The notes below the pieces were generated by a model. That model was not told the DNA's origin. It saw nothing but the letters and a program-made list of their open reading frames with translations, and searched no databases. The position numbers were made by a program, and so were the translations under genes. Shown here in pieces: positions 24,589 to 32,000 of a DNA stretch of 32,000 nucleotides. Each line of letters starts with the position of its first letter. Position 1 is the first letter of the stretch. This DNA comes from Pyrodictium abyssi (lineage in GTDB: Archaea > Thermoproteota > Thermoprotei_A > Sulfolobales > Pyrodictiaceae): contig NZ_AP028907.1 in the NCBI RefSeq assembly GCF_036323395.1, positions 2,040,001 to 2,072,000 on the forward strand, in the 5' to 3' direction.

Positions 24589-25389
24589 CTAGGGCTTAGG
24601 AGGAGCTGCGGAGCCGAGCGGCTCCTCCCGGAGTAGTGGCGCGTGCACGTACAGGTATAGCCCGGTAGAGCGGCTCCTAGCTATGAGCGGTGTGAGCACG
24701 GCTCCTAGCTCGCTTAGCCATGCACTGAGCCGCTCCGACGACACGACGACGTCCGCTACAACGGCTTCGCGTCTATCGCCGCGGCAGAATAGCCTTCCGT
24801 CCATGCAGGGCTCGATCCCCGAGACCTCGACGGTATAGGTCGCTAGCGGCTGGGTGGGCGGAGGCGCTAACGGGGGTAGCAGGAGTAGCACTCGTAGCCA
24901 AGTAGACTGCCGCCTTACCGGGGTACCCTGGATGATATGAGCCTCTACGGGGAACACGGTGTCTCCGTGGACAGCTTCTAGGGTTTCCCGCTTTGCTCCC
25001 AGAAGCTGTTCAAGCCTATAGGCTATGGACGCTAGCGTGCCAGCATCGTGGTAGTAGAGCTCGGCAGTCAGCAAGCCGTCCTTGCACCTTGTGGGCAGTG
25101 CTAGGCCGCCCGCCTCGGCGAGGCAGGCGCCGCGGAGCTGGATGCTCCCGGCGAATATGCCTCCAGCCATTAGGCCGTGGAGACGCCCGCCATAGGCCAG
25201 GTCGCCTGCAGCAGCATAGGGGACTCTAGACGGGACAGCAGCCGCAGCCAGTACTTCCTCGGCCATCTGCTGTGCCCCAGGTATAGTGGCTGCAGCGTGT
25301 CCAGGGGGACAGCTATATCTGGGCCCGTAGCGCGCTAGACCGGATATGCACAGAGGGCTGAAGCCCATACTAAGCAGCTCTGCCGGCAC
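24589..25389 (-). CDS. Hypothetical protein, divergent from the MoxR-module operon
   Basis: The 266-aa ORF has genome-typical codon usage. No family recognised. Confidence 0.45.
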   Translation of the reverse strand: MPAELLSMGFSPLCISGLARYGPRYSCPPGHAAATIPGAQQMAEEVLAAAAVPSRVPYAAAGDLAYGGRLHGLMAGGIFAGSIQLRGACLAEAGGLALPTRCKDGLLTAELYYHDAGTLASIAYRLEQLLGAKRETLEAVHGDTVFPVEAHIIQGTPVRRQSTWLRVLLLLPPLAPPPTQPLATYTVEVSGIEPCMDGRLFCRGDRREAVVADVVVSSERLSAWLSELGAVLTPLIARSRSTGLYLYVHAPLLREEPLGSAAPPKP

Positions 25390-25440
25390 TCAGCTTGCGG
25401 TGCTGGCCGCGACGAACCACGGACACGATGGTGGCTAGCC

Positions 25441-28400
25441 GTGTACCCAGAGCAGGGGGACGCTAGGATACAGCCAGCGGCTCTACTGCTGCTCCTGCTA
25501 GCGCTGGCCCCTCTACTGCAAGCGCCCATCCACGTGGTTCATGCCCATGCAGAGTCAGTGGACCTAGCTGACCAGCTCCGCCGCATACTAGACCAGCTCT
25601 ACAACAACTCCATAGGCTACGAGAAGGCAGCTAGGCTCTACAACAGCGTGGCATCGTGCTCGCGGCCCCCCGTCTCCGAGGCGGCCTCGCAGGCCGCCAA
25701 GGCGCTAGAATCCGCGGCAGAGGGCAAGGCTACAGCACAGCAGGTAGAGGAGGCGCTGCTGAGCTACGCCGCGGTGGTGGGGAGGCACCTGGACGCGCTA
25801 GCCAGCTGCAGCTCGGCCACGGTCTACCAGAGCCTCCTGCTAGCCTTCGCGGTCCCGACGCCCGCAGGCCTCCTCCCGGCCACAGCTCCCACGGACGCGA
25901 TGAGGCAGGCAGCGGCGGAGATAGCCTACAGTATAGTCCGCCAGCTCGCTGGCAGCGAGGAGCTAGCCAGCCAGGCATCACTCATAGCACGTGTAGACCC
26001 CTACGCGGCTCTGCTCCTAGCAGGGCTGGCTGGCAGAGTAGACCAGGGCTACTGGGCGTCCGTGAACGATAACACTACGAGCACGAGGGGGCTCTGCCTC
26101 GTCTACTCCCTCGCAGCGACAGACACGGTGCCCCAGGAAGCTGCAGCGGCGGCTCTAGCGGCGATAGCGGGGGCTAGCTACGCCTACGGCCCCGGCGCGG
26201 TGCTAGCGGAGGCAGCCAGCGCCCTCAAATCCGGGGACCTCTTCTGCTACACGGCTATCGTGAACCTGCTAGACGCCATGTACCGGGGCTACGTGGAGAA
26301 GCTGCTTCCCCTCTACAGGCTCCCCGGCAACTACACGCCTCCCCCGGAGCTGCTCCAGGCCCCCAGGATAGGCGGCATTGACGCGCTACGGCTAGTAGCG
26401 GCGACGGCCTCCGGGGAGGGGCTGACCCCGGCACTTGCCAGGATGGGTGGAGGAGTTGTAGCGAGCCCCTCGGGCGTAGCAGCTGTGCTGCGTGCATCCG
26501 GTGCACCGGTCCCCGAGACCCCCGGCGAGAACGGCTACTGCCTCGTCTTCAAGACAGCGTTGAAGAGCCTGCTCGAGGGCACTGTGGCGGAGACGCAGCA
26601 GGCCTGGAGCCTAGCGGCGGCAGCTGCGAGCCTATGCTACGCCCAGACCGGCTCCCCACAGCCCCTGATAGCCCTACTCCTCTTCCAGCCATTCGTCGAG
26701 ATAGACCCCTGGCTCGTAGCAGAAGGCGCAGCCAAGCAGGCACGGGTAGCTGGCGACCCGGGGCTCCAGGCCTACGCATCCAAGGCTTCTAGCCTACTCT
26801 GGAGCGGTAGGCTAGACGAGGCAGCCTCGCTCCAGCCGCCCTCCTCGCCCAACAGCGCTCTCGTCCACAGCCTACTCGTAGCAGCGGTGGAGGGGGTCAA
26901 GGAGGGCTTCAACCCCCTACTAGTAGAGGTTGACAATGCCACAGCGCAGCAACTCCTAGAGGCGGCGGGGCTCCCGTCGCCCCGCGATGCCGTGCTCGCA
27001 GCACTCGACCCCGCTAGGGTCATGGACGACATAGCCAGGGATAACACCACGCCTCCCCTAGAGCGCCTCGGCATATTCGCCCGGGCGGCCTCACTACGCC
27101 CCAGCAGCAGCGGTTACCTGCTCGACTACGCGGCTGTACGCGCGGTATCGTGGCTCGTAGTGCACATGTACCCGTGGCTCCGCGGCGGCGAGCAGCTGCC
27201 GCCGCCCGGCCAGCAGCCGGAGCCGGGCACCCTGCTCTCCTGGGCCCTTGGCTACGTGACCACGGCAGCGCCCCCGCAGCAGGAGGCACCGGCAGCGGGG
27301 CAGGAGCCCAGCGCGGGGGGCCAGACAGGCGGCCAGCCGGCGGCAACGCCCGAGAGCCCGGCCAGCAGCACGTCCAACGAGACGAGCATGACAGGCCCGG
27401 GCAGCGGGGCCGAGGCGGCGAAGGCAGCCCAGGAGGCAGAGCAGCTCGCAGACCAGCTAGAAGCCCTCGCCCAGGAGATAAAGAGCAGCCTCGGCGGCCA
27501 GGGCCAGGCAGAAGCCGTTGCCGGGCTCCTAGAGCAGATAGCCCAGAGCCTGCGCGAGGGAGACTACGCCTCGGCCGTGGCTGCAAGCCAGCAGCTACTA
27601 CAGATGCTCAACAGCGGGGACACAATCCCAGTGAGCCTCCTAGCCATGCTAGCCCAGAGCGGAGTAGATCCCCGCGAGGCAGCCCAGCTGCTCGCAATGG
27701 CGGCGAGTATACGCTTCAGCAACACCACGGTCACGATAGACCTAAGGGAGGCCAGCCAGCTAGCGGAAACACTCTCCAGTATAGACCTGGCCCAGGAAGG
27801 GCAGACCGGGCTAGAGAAGATCGCAGAGATAGCGGCGGACATAGGGAAAGCTGCCGCAGAGGCGGCCGGCCAAGCCACGGCCGGGCCACAGGCTGGAGGC
27901 GGCGCGGGGTCGGAGGGGGCGGCGGAGCTGCTCGAGATAAAGGGCCTAGGCGACCTAGCGGCCAAGCTATACAGCATACTCGGGGGACAGCCGTCAGGCG
28001 AACCAGCCGGGGCCCTGGACGCCATCGAGCTAACCGGCCCGGGCGGCGAGGGGGGCGAGAGCAACGCTACAGCCGGCCAGGAGCCGCCTATCCCGGAACC
28101 TCCCCGGCTCCCCAGTCTGCCGGGCCTCCCCGGGCTCGGCGACCTAGCTGTAGTTGCTGCCCCGCTAGCCCTGGCCGGTATAGCGATGCTAGCTGCTACC
28201 CGCTACCGTGAGCTAGCAGCTGCAGCAGCCAGAGTGCGGCTGGCTAGGCTAGAGCGCCGCCTATCCCGGGTGCCGGGGGCCGCGCAGCGGCCCGAGGAGA
28301 CCCGGAGGCTGGTAGTAGAGGTGTTTAGCCAGATACTCCGCGTGTACGAGACCGTCTACGCGCCACGGGCGGCTAGCGAGACTCACCGCGAGTACGCGGC

Positions 28401-28599
28401 CAAGCTTCCCGGGGACGAGAGGAGCCGCTACACTCCGGCGGCCAGCGTCTACGAGAAGGCGAAGTTTAGCAGCGAGCCCGTGAGCGAGAGTGACGTGGAG
28501 AAGCTTCAGAAGATGCTGTCCGAGATAAGACGTGCACTAGGCGCTGCGGGCGGGAGCCTGGCGGCAGCGGTGGCGAAGCTACTGGGTGGCAGGAAGTGA
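25441..28599 (+). CDS. Giant Ala-rich membrane protein: signal peptide, helical ectodomain of about 900 aa, one TM segment, cytoplasmic DUF4129-like tail
   Basis: The N-terminus has the hydrophobic stretch IQPAALLLLLLALAPLLQAP. The ectodomain is long, Ala/Leu/Gln-rich, with several N-x-S/T sequons. The TM segment is LAVVAAPLALAGIAMLAA. The tail reads ...LVVEVFSQILRVYETVYAPRAASETHREYAAKL...YTPAASVYEKAKFSSEPVSESDVEKL, resembling DUF4129 (..T.rEy...l....ye.a.y...p.s.e). The stop overlaps the next start (GTGA). Confidence 0.7.
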   Translation: MYPEQGDARIQPAALLLLLLALAPLLQAPIHVVHAHAESVDLADQLRRILDQLYNNSIGYEKAARLYNSVASCSRPPVSEAASQAAKALESAAEGKATAQQVEEALLSYAAVVGRHLDALASCSSATVYQSLLLAFAVPTPAGLLPATAPTDAMRQAAAEIAYSIVRQLAGSEELASQASLIARVDPYAALLLAGLAGRVDQGYWASVNDNTTSTRGLCLVYSLAATDTVPQEAAAAALAAIAGASYAYGPGAVLAEAASALKSGDLFCYTAIVNLLDAMYRGYVEKLLPLYRLPGNYTPPPELLQAPRIGGIDALRLVAATASGEGLTPALARMGGGVVASPSGVAAVLRASGAPVPETPGENGYCLVFKTALKSLLEGTVAETQQAWSLAAAAASLCYAQTGSPQPLIALLLFQPFVEIDPWLVAEGAAKQARVAGDPGLQAYASKASSLLWSGRLDEAASLQPPSSPNSALVHSLLVAAVEGVKEGFNPLLVEVDNATAQQLLEAAGLPSPRDAVLAALDPARVMDDIARDNTTPPLERLGIFARAASLRPSSSGYLLDYAAVRAVSWLVVHMYPWLRGGEQLPPPGQQPEPGTLLSWALGYVTTAAPPQQEAPAAGQEPSAGGQTGGQPAATPESPASSTSNETSMTGPGSGAEAAKAAQEAEQLADQLEALAQEIKSSLGGQGQAEAVAGLLEQIAQSLREGDYASAVAASQQLLQMLNSGDTIPVSLLAMLAQSGVDPREAAQLLAMAASIRFSNTTVTIDLREASQLAETLSSIDLAQEGQTGLEKIAEIAADIGKAAAEAAGQATAGPQAGGGAGSEGAAELLEIKGLGDLAAKLYSILGGQPSGEPAGALDAIELTGPGGEGGESNATAGQEPPIPEPPRLPSLPGLPGLGDLAVVAAPLALAGIAMLAATRYRELAAAAARVRLARLERRLSRVPGAAQRPEETRRLVVEVFSQILRVYETVYAPRAASETHREYAAKLPGDERSRYTPAASVYEKAKFSSEPVSESDVEKLQKMLSEIRRALGAAGGSLAAAVAKLLGGRK

Positions 28600-29957
28600 T
28601 AGGCCTCCGGGGCTTCCTCGCAGGGCTGGCCATAGTAGCCCTAGTAGCGGCTATACTGGCTGCACCCAAGGCTATCAAGCTGGGTACGGCGCCGGAGCTC
28701 CGCCTAGGCTCGCCCGGCGACACGGGGCCCAGCGGGCACAGCCTGTTAGCCCAGGTGTTATCCTCCCACGGGCTCCGTGTTGGGCTCTCATATAAGCCGC
28801 CCAGGGACTGGAACGGCTCATCGCTGGTTTACATTGTCGCGGGGCCCACCGAGTGCAGGACTGAGCTGCTCCAGGCGGTGGCGGAGGAGGCCCGGCGGCT
28901 CGCCTCCCAGGGCCTCCGCGTAGGCGTGGTGATAGCGGACGAGGGGCCGTGCGGCAAAACCCTGCTAGATATGCTGGACGCGCCCTTCCTCAGCACGGTC
29001 TCCGGTGCGCCCAGTGAGCCGTGGCTAGCACTCTACCAGGGAGGTGAACCCGTCCTCTACGCGATGTACAGCGTACCAACCATAACGTACATGGACGAGG
29101 GCTGGAGGCAGCTGGCCGTATCGCTCTACCCGCGTGGGCTCCCAGCAGCCCTAGAATGGCGAGGCAGCGTAGACGTCGTCTACATACCTGATAGCCACGT
29201 GTTCACGAACATGGTGATGAGCGCTGCCAACGAGACGGGGCTAGGCAACGCAGAGCTAGCAGTAACACTCGTAGAGAAGCTCGGCGGTGCAGACGCGCTA
29301 GTGCTCATGCCACTAGGCTTCTACCGGCTGATAAACCCCAGTATACCCCTGGTAGCCTACCTCCAACCCGGCGTCATTATAATCCGCCTAGTGGAGTGGC
29401 TAGCGGGCCTCGAGAAGACTATAGTAGAGGCTATGCTCTCCAACCCTCTCGCAGCCACGGTACTAGTGATAGGCGTGATGTCGGTACTCTACATTGTGTT
29501 CGCCCAAGCCTCGGGCAAGAAATGGGCAGCCGAGAAGCCGCCCGAGCAAGCCCAGCCGCCACGGCTCCTCGGCACATCCCCAGTGCTAGAGAAGCTACAA
29601 CGAGGCGTAGAGCTGTCCAGGCAGGAGGCCCGCCAAGCCCTAGCAGCGCTATACGAACTCGTGGACGAGGTCCTCAGGGTGCGCGTCGGCGCAGGGCTCT
29701 CGGAAGTACTAGAAGACGACCGGCTGCTGGAGAGGCTAGCCCGCGAGGCCGGGATAGACCCCGGCGAACTCCGCCGCGGGCTCGAGGCTCTGCACCGGCT
29801 CTACACGGCTAAGATAAGGGAGGGCCGGCTTCTACCACTCGTCGTGTCCTGGAAGCGTAGGCTATACTACGTGCTGGAGCGCGTAGAGCCACTACTCGAG
29901 TCCATAGGTGCTGGCCTGGAGGAGGCTAGGAGCATTGAGTACAGCCTCGCCCGCTAG
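28596..29957 (+). CDS. DUF4350-like membrane protein
   Basis: The N-terminal TM segment is [18 protein letters not shown]. It is followed by [20 protein letters not shown]...SLVYIVAGP...GVVIADEG...[29 protein letters not shown], then a second TM and a helical C-terminal domain. This pattern matches my memory of the DUF4350 proteins that precede MoxR in DUF4129-DUF4350-MoxR-DUF58 operons. Confidence 0.55.
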   Translation: MIGLRGFLAGLAIVALVAAILAAPKAIKLGTAPELRLGSPGDTGPSGHSLLAQVLSSHGLRVGLSYKPPRDWNGSSLVYIVAGPTECRTELLQAVAEEARRLASQGLRVGVVIADEGPCGKTLLDMLDAPFLSTVSGAPSEPWLALYQGGEPVLYAMYSVPTITYMDEGWRQLAVSLYPRGLPAALEWRGSVDVVYIPDSHVFTNMVMSAANETGLGNAELAVTLVEKLGGADALVLMPLGFYRLINPSIPLVAYLQPGVIIIRLVEWLAGLEKTIVEAMLSNPLAATVLVIGVMSVLYIVFAQASGKKWAAEKPPEQAQPPRLLGTSPVLEKLQRGVELSRQEARQALAALYELVDEVLRVRVGAGLSEVLEDDRLLERLAREAGIDPGELRRGLEALHRLYTAKIREGRLLPLVVSWKRRLYYVLERVEPLLESIGAGLEEARSIEYSLAR

Positions 29958-29961
29958 GCTT

Positions 29962-30888
29962 GTGGCCGGCCTCGCGGAGAAGGTGGCGCGGGAGGTATCA
30001 AAGGTAGTATACGGGCTAGAGGACGAGCTAAAGATAATACTGGCATCGCTGCTCGTCGGCGGCCATGTGCTCCTCGAAGGCATGCCCGGGGTAGCCAAGA
30101 CGACGCTAGCCAAGGCCCTCGCATCCAGCATGAGGCTCGAGTTCCGGAGGATACAGTTCACTCCCGACCTGCTACCCAGCGACATAATAGGCACGATGAT
30201 CTACGACCAGAGGAGCGGCGAGTTCAGGCTACGCCGCGGCCCGGTGTTCACCAACATCCTCCTCGCCGACGAGATTAACCGCGCCTCGCCCCGGACCCAG
30301 AGCGCGCTCCTAGAGGCGATGCAGGAGCGCCAGGTAACCATAGAGGGCAACACGCTCCCTCTGCCCGAGCCATTCCTGGTCATAGCCACGCAGAACCCCA
30401 TAGAGCTCGAAGGGACGTTCCCGCTCCCCGAGGCCCAGATAGACAGGTTCCTCGTCAAGGTATCCATACCAATGCCGGGCCGGGAGGTTCTGCGCAGGAT
30501 ACTCCGAGGCCTAGAAACCATCGAGAAGTGGCCCGTAGAGCCCGTGGCGAACCGCGACGAGATACTGGAGGCCCGTAGAGCCATATGGCGCGTCGAGGTC
30601 AGCGACCCCGTAGTAGACTACATCATAGACCTCGTGGAGGAGACCCACCGCCACCCCGACGTGAGGCTAGGAGCCAGCCCCAGAGCAGCCATAGCACTGC
30701 AGCAGCTAGCCCGGGCCCTCGCAGCCATGGAGGGCAGGGGCTACGTCATACCAGACGACGTGAAGACCGCGGCCCGGTACGTCCTTGTACACCGTATAAT
30801 CCTCCGGCCCGAGGCCGAGGCGGAGGGCCGCCGGCCCGAAGACGTGGTAGAGTCGGTACTGTCCAGCGTCCGCGTACCAGTACCGTAG
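29962..30888 (+). CDS. moxR: MoxR-family AAA+ ATPase (AAA_3)
   Basis: Walker A is [18 protein letters not shown] and Walker B is [31 protein letters not shown]. Sensor segments VIATQNPIE and PEAQIDRF follow. The C-terminal lid reads [14 protein letters not shown] 29962 lies right after the upstream stop, whereas the track's 29908 start would overlap that gene by 50 nt. Confidence 0.9.
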   Translation: MAGLAEKVAREVSKVVYGLEDELKIILASLLVGGHVLLEGMPGVAKTTLAKALASSMRLEFRRIQFTPDLLPSDIIGTMIYDQRSGEFRLRRGPVFTNILLADEINRASPRTQSALLEAMQERQVTIEGNTLPLPEPFLVIATQNPIELEGTFPLPEAQIDRFLVKVSIPMPGREVLRRILRGLETIEKWPVEPVANRDEILEARRAIWRVEVSDPVVDYIIDLVEETHRHPDVRLGASPRAAIALQQLARALAAMEGRGYVIPDDVKTAARYVLVHRIILRPEAEAEGRRPEDVVESVLSSVRVPVP

Positions 30889-30970
30889 AGAAGCCTCCGG
30901 GGGACCGGCGGAGCCGGGGAGCAGGAGCGCCTTGGCCGAACAGAGCCTCTTTGACAGGATAAGCGAGCTC

Positions 30971-32000
30971 ATGGCCCCCGTGACGCCGCGCGGCCATGCC
31001 GTGCTCTTCCTGTCGGCGAGCCTTCTCGCGGCGGGGCTCCTGGCGGGGCCGGGGAGAGCCCCAGCCCTTATGTCTGCTGGGCTAGCGCTCCTGCTCCTCG
31101 TGATAGTAGAGCGCGAGGTGTTCCTAGCCCGTGCGGCAGCGCTCTCCCGTATCGACGCCAGGTGGGTGATCGAGCACCCGCTCGTAGAGGGGCGTCCCTC
31201 CCTCGTGAAGCTGGTGCTGGAGAACAGGTCGCTCACCCCTATAGAGCACCTGGAGGTGTACGACAACCCTCCACGCCTATTCCACTGGGCCGGCGAGGCC
31301 CCGCCGCGCGCAGTGGTAGCCCTCCCGGCCATGGGCGTGGTGGAGGTCAGCTACACGGTAGTGCCGGTCGTTGGGCGCCACGAGTGGGGAGGCCCCCTAA
31401 GGCTCGTAGCAGAGGATGTACTCGGCTTCTTCCGTGCCGAGAGGCTCGTAGACCAGGGGCTCCCCGTGGTGAACGTCCAGCCCCGGCTACTGGACGTGCC
31501 CCGGCGCCGCGCGGCTCTCCCCACGGTGCTCCAGCCTGGCGGTGTAGCGAAGCTGCGCCGCCGCGGCGTCGGCTCCGAGATAATGGAGCTACGCGAGTAC
31601 ACGCCCGACGACGATATACGCCTCGTCGACTGGAAGGCCTCGGCCCGCGCTGGCCGCCTAATGGTCAAGGTGTTTGAGCAGGAGTCAGTGCTCCGCGTAG
31701 CAGTGGTTGTGGACGCCCACCCATCGATGTTCCGTGGCGTGCTCGGCGAGACCAAGATAGAGTACGCGGCCCGCCTAGCAGCGTCTATCGCCGAGTACCT
31801 TGCCCGCCGCGGCGACGTCTACCGAGTCTACCTCGCCGACCCCAGCGGCCGGATGTACTCGACTCCGTGGCTCCACGGCCGCGGGAGCGGTGCGCTCGCC
31901 CGCCGCTTCATAGCCGAGAAGCTCTCGTGGCCCCGTAGCCCAGGGCAAGCCCCGGAGCCGCGGCGCCGCGCCAACGCGATAGTGGAGGCACTCCTGTCCA
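30971..32000 (+). CDS. DUF58 (vWA-like) protein, partial; continues past the right edge
   Basis: Hand translation gives MAPVTPRGHAVLFLSASLLAAGLLAG (TM)...VVEVSYTVVPVVGRHEWGGPLRLVAEDVLGFF...GSEIMELREYTPDDDIRLVDWKASARAGRLMVKVFEQESVLRVAVVVDA.... This includes the DUF58 hallmark (EfrglReY.pGD..R.IdWkatAR.g.l.vre.e.e). It is absent from the ORF track because it has no stop in the window. An alternative TTG start lies at 30932. Confidence 0.8.
   Translation, partial: MAPVTPRGHAVLFLSASLLAAGLLAGPGRAPALMSAGLALLLLVIVEREVFLARAAALSRIDARWVIEHPLVEGRPSLVKLVLENRSLTPIEHLEVYDNPPRLFHWAGEAPPRAVVALPAMGVVEVSYTVVPVVGRHEWGGPLRLVAEDVLGFFRAERLVDQGLPVVNVQPRLLDVPRRRAALPTVLQPGGVAKLRRRGVGSEIMELREYTPDDDIRLVDWKASARAGRLMVKVFEQESVLRVAVVVDAHPSMFRGVLGETKIEYAARLAASIAEYLARRGDVYRVYLADPSGRMYSTPWLHGRGSGALARRFIAEKLSWPRSPGQAPEPRRRANAIVEALLS

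Noticed and set aside
27150-28211. 353-aa Arg/Pro/Gly-rich ORF on the + strand. Similar ORFs occur at 27020..27586 (-), 27564..28064 (-), 25656..26072 (+) and 26772..27074 (-).
   Set aside because: These are alternative-frame or antisense ORFs inside the 1052-aa gene. Their extreme Arg/Pro/Gly composition is the usual artefact of reading a high-G+C gene out of frame.

Overview
The window looks like chromosomal DNA from a high-G+C hyperthermophilic crenarchaeon (Desulfurococcales-like). This guess rests on AGG/ATA/CTC-rich codon usage, frequent GTG/TTG starts, a PaREP1 gene, Nep1, RtcB plus archease, and a 5S rRNA resembling Sulfolobus 5S. Most of the window is densely packed housekeeping genes on both strands: a partial HAD phosphatase, a CDGSH Fe-S protein, Nep1, LigT/ThpR, a flavin reductase, RtcB, archease, an S9 peptidase, a cyclase/formamidase, TrkH, a NOL1/NOP2/Sun methyltransferase, precorrin-2 dehydrogenase, an erythrin-VIT1 iron transporter, a SAM methyltransferase and a GNAT. 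Two RNA genes are not in the ORF track: tRNA-Gly(CCC) at 6095-6173 (-) and a 5S rRNA at about 22171-22296 (-), the latter hidden under two spurious ORFs. Three regions stand out. (1) From 25441 to the right edge lies an apparent operon for a 1052-aa Ala-rich membrane protein with a huge ectodomain and a DUF4129-like cytoplasmic tail, a DUF4350-like membrane protein, a MoxR AAA+ ATPase and a DUF58 protein. This module type has no known function, and this is my best candidate for an undescribed system. (2) A visibly low-G+C island at about 6875-9085 contains roughly 600 nt without ORFs, a VapBC toxin-antitoxin pair, an orphan gene and a degenerate 3'-half copy of tRNA-Gly. (3) That island sits inside a cluster of RNA end-healing and sealing genes: LigT, an MJ1316/DUF504 protein, RtcB and archease. 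All family assignments come from motif recognition by eye. No database searches were run.
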